A program made the translations under genes and the position numbers. A stretch of 64,000 bases of DNA from Candidatus Spyradocola sp. (GTDB taxonomy: Bacteria > Bacillota > Clostridia > Christensenellales > UBA1750). Below are positions 61,681 to 64,000 of this stretch, in pieces. The notes under the pieces were generated by a model. The model made no database searches. It was not told the DNA's origin and saw only the letters and a program-made list of their open reading frames with translations. Position 1 is the first letter of the stretch. Each line of letters starts with the position of its first letter. The stretch lies in the NCBI GenBank assembly GCA_050942925.1, contig JBMNOF010000001.1, forward strand, positions 69,712 through 133,711. The letters are read 5' to 3'.

Positions 61681-63175
61681 TCTGATTCCTCCTTCTTCTC
61701 AGGACCACCAGGATGCCCACGCCCAGGCAGGCGAGCGGGCAGATGCCGATCATGACGGTCTTCAGCAGGGAGGCCGTGGATTCGCTGATGGTCAGGTAGT
61801 TGTAGTTGAGGGACTTGCTGCGGATGGAGAGGGCCTCCCTTTCGCCGATCAGGGCGGAGAGGGCGTTCATGGCCAGGTCGCCGTTGGCGCCGGAAGAATA
61901 GGCGTTGTACATATCCTCCAGGAAGCTGGAGGAAGCGAACCAGATCATCTCCCCGCCGCCGTTGACCTCCACCTGCACGGCCAGGGCAAACGGCCCGTCG
62001 ATGTCGCCGTCCTCCTTTTCATAGGTGGTCAGGTCATAGCCCGCGACCTTGGAGAAGGCCTCGTCCGACGTGGTCAGCAGTTCCGTGACCGTGGCCTGCG
62101 TGGTGCCGCCGGACGAGGTCAGGCCCGCTGCCAGGGGCAGGATGGGCATGTAGTTTTCCTCGATCAAGGAAGCCGTGATGTCCGAATCGGTCATGTCCGG
62201 CAGGAGCACATAGGGGGACTGGAAGGCATAGTAGCTGCGGTTGCCCTCGATGACGACCCCCTCCGCGGCCTGGACCCCGTAGGTGGACAGCAGGCTATAG
62301 AGGGTTTCCGGCAGGCCCTCCTCCGTGGGTCCGGAGACGACCAGCAGCTTTCCGCCCTCCTCGACATAGGCGGCGAGCATGTCGGCCTCTTCCTGGGAGA
62401 TGTCGCTGGCGGGCGCGTAGAGGAACAGCGCATCCGCGTCCTCCGGGATCTCGTCCACGTTCAGGAGGGAAAGCGACTCGGTTTCGATGTTCTCCTTTTC
62501 GATCTGCTCGGAAAGCGTCGCGGGCAGCTCGGCCTCCCCGTGCCCTTCCAGCAGGTAGAGCTTGGGCAGGTCCTCGCTTGTGACGTAGTCGATGGCCGAG
62601 GTGATGGCGCCTTCGCCGTCAAAGGCCGTGCTGTAGGAATAGGAGTACATGTTCGACTCCTCGACATAGATCTCGTCGTTGCTGATGTAGCGGCTGCGCT
62701 CGCCGCTCGTGACGACGAGGCTGTTGTTTTGCACGGTCTCGTCCGTGTACTGGGCGGCAAAGGTGGGGTACGCATCCGGGTTGCGCACGTAGACGTTGAT
62801 GTGGTCCGAAAGCGCCGCATAGCGGGACAGGAGGTTCTCCAGCACGTCGTCCTCCTCGCCGGACTGCACGATCCAATAGATATCCACGTCCTGCTCCAGG
62901 GCGCCGACGACGGCCTTGGTATTGCTGGTGACGGAGTAGAGCTTGGAGGCGCTGATGTCATAGGTGGTCATGGACGAGGGCAGGGCGGAGACAAAGAAGT
63001 TCACCCCGATCAAAATCGCCAGGACCACCGCGGTCAGCGCCACCGAATAGGAGCCGCCGCGCAGGGCGTTGCCCCCGGGCGCGGCGTTCTTTTCCGGCTG
63101 GCCTACCCGCTCCGGTTGTTCTTCTGCCCCGGGCTTGGACCGGAGCGAATCCCGCCATTTCTTCAGAGGATTCAT
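61667..63175 (-). CDS. GldG-like ABC-type transport system auxiliary protein
   Basis: 502 aa with N- and C-terminal TM anchors. ..DISASKLYSVTSNTKAVVGALEQDVDIYWI..LLSRYAALSDHINVYVRNPD.. pattern of the ABC_transp_aux/GldG family. ATGA overlap with the upstream permease. Confidence 0.75.
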   Translation of the reverse strand: MNPLKKWRDSLRSKPGAEEQPERVGQPEKNAAPGGNALRGGSYSVALTAVVLAILIGVNFFVSALPSSMTTYDISASKLYSVTSNTKAVVGALEQDVDIYWIVQSGEEDDVLENLLSRYAALSDHINVYVRNPDAYPTFAAQYTDETVQNNSLVVTSGERSRYISNDEIYVEESNMYSYSYSTAFDGEGAITSAIDYVTSEDLPKLYLLEGHGEAELPATLSEQIEKENIETESLSLLNVDEIPEDADALFLYAPASDISQEEADMLAAYVEEGGKLLVVSGPTEEGLPETLYSLLSTYGVQAAEGVVIEGNRSYYAFQSPYVLLPDMTDSDITASLIEENYMPILPLAAGLTSSGGTTQATVTELLTTSDEAFSKVAGYDLTTYEKEDGDIDGPFALAVQVEVNGGGEMIWFASSSFLEDMYNAYSSGANGDLAMNALSALIGEREALSIRSKSLNYNYLTISESTASLLKTVMIGICPLACLGVGILVVLRRRRNQNATV

Positions 63176-64000
63176 CCGTTATACCTCCTCTTCTCCATGG
63201 ACTGCACGGACAAAAACAGAAAGAATGCGATCACGCTCAGGTAAAAGACCACGGCGCTGACGTCAAACATGCCGTTGACAAAGGGACTGAAGCGCTCAAA
63301 CAGCGATAGCGACGCCATGACCGTGGGCAGCAGATTTTCAAACAGCGAGCTGTCCAGATAGGTCAGGAACACCAGCGCCACGCACAGCACCAGGCAGAAC
63401 GCATACGCAGTGCTGGCGCTGCCCGTCAGCCGCCACACGAGCAGGCTCAGCAGCACCGAGAGAACAAACAGCGCGATCACCGTGCCAAAGGCCGTTGCGG
63501 ACACCATCTCGGAAAGGGACACGCTGAAGTAATTGAACAGGATCACCGCAATGCCCAGGCCTGCGGCCAAGCCCTGGTTCTCCGTCAGCGACGAAAGGAA
63601 GAGCCCCACCGCGATCAGCGCCGCCCCCAGCAGGAAGAACGCCAGCAGGGACCCGTAGGCCGTGGGCAGGTAGACGTCGCCGAACTGCGCAAAAATCAGC
63701 GGGTAGAGCGCGACGATGCACAGCGGCAACAGGTACAAAATCAGCAGCGCGGCATACTTTCCCAGGATCACCTGCGCGGTGGAAAGGGGCAGCGAATAGA
63801 GGAGCTGGTCCGTCTTCTGCCGGCGCTCCTCGGCGAGCGAGCGCATGGTCAGGATCGGGATGATGACGACAAACGCCAGGCTGCCAAAGCTCAGGACGTA
63901 CTCAAAATTGCTCACCGCCATCTCGATGTTGTAGAGCATGGCGCCCACGCCGACCATGGCGAGCAGAAATGCCGCGAAAACATAGGCCGTCATCGAGTGA
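63172..64000 (-). CDS. ABC-2 type transporter permease (GldF-like), 5' end probably beyond the right window edge
   Basis: Six hydrophobic helices, ..LTMRSLAEERRQKTDQLLYSLPLS.. motif. The frame stays open to position 64000 (..HSMTAYVF..), so the true start is probably outside the window. Confidence 0.75.
   Translation of the reverse strand, partial: HSMTAYVFAAFLLAMVGVGAMLYNIEMAVSNFEYVLSFGSLAFVVIIPILTMRSLAEERRQKTDQLLYSLPLSTAQVILGKYAALLILYLLPLCIVALYPLIFAQFGDVYLPTAYGSLLAFFLLGAALIAVGLFLSSLTENQGLAAGLGIAVILFNYFSVSLSEMVSATAFGTVIALFVLSVLLSLLVWRLTGSASTAYAFCLVLCVALVFLTYLDSSLFENLLPTVMASLSLFERFSPFVNGMFDVSAVVFYLSVIAFFLFLSVQSMEKRRYNG

Overview
High-GC (~63-65%) Firmicutes-type chromosomal window, by inference a Clostridia/Oscillospiraceae-like gut anaerobe. 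Coding density is high and most genes are on the minus strand. No rRNA, tRNA, CRISPR array, transposase or integrase was seen. Most of the window is housekeeping or accessory metabolism. Recognisable genes include lrgAB-like, an M24 Xaa-Pro aminopeptidase, gpsA, T-box-controlled leuA, an MFS transporter and an RHH gene followed by clpB. Further along are a CD1871A-type redox cluster with a rhodanese-thioredoxin lipoprotein, and a rhaA + GH78 rhamnosidase operon carrying uncharacterised kinase/TIM-barrel/dehydrogenase genes. Next come hydE/hydF with a TM1266-type regulator behind a terminator-containing leader, and a TIM-barrel::acyl-CoA-synthetase fusion. The right-hand end holds DUF1846, argS, three tandem LplA-like ABC solute-binding lipoprotein paralogs with two permeases, an aldo-keto reductase, and a GldG/DUF4340/ABC-2 module. 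The standout is an ~14.8 kb minus-strand operon (about 46600 down to 31784). It encodes a vWA-like lipoprotein, a small polytopic membrane protein, a tubulin/FtsZ-like GTPase (T1, T3 and T4 motifs readable) and a 1246-aa protein with an actin/Hsp70-fold ATPase core. It continues with a coiled-coil bitopic membrane protein and a 1348-aa Sel1-repeat transmembrane protein with an extracellular beta-sandwich-like tail. A secreted M14 peptidoglycan-type peptidase is translationally coupled to that last gene, and an SGNH hydrolase follows. I do not recognise this combination as a named system and propose it as a candidate envelope-spanning cytoskeletal/remodelling or conflict machine. All homology calls come from reading the translations by eye; no database search was run.
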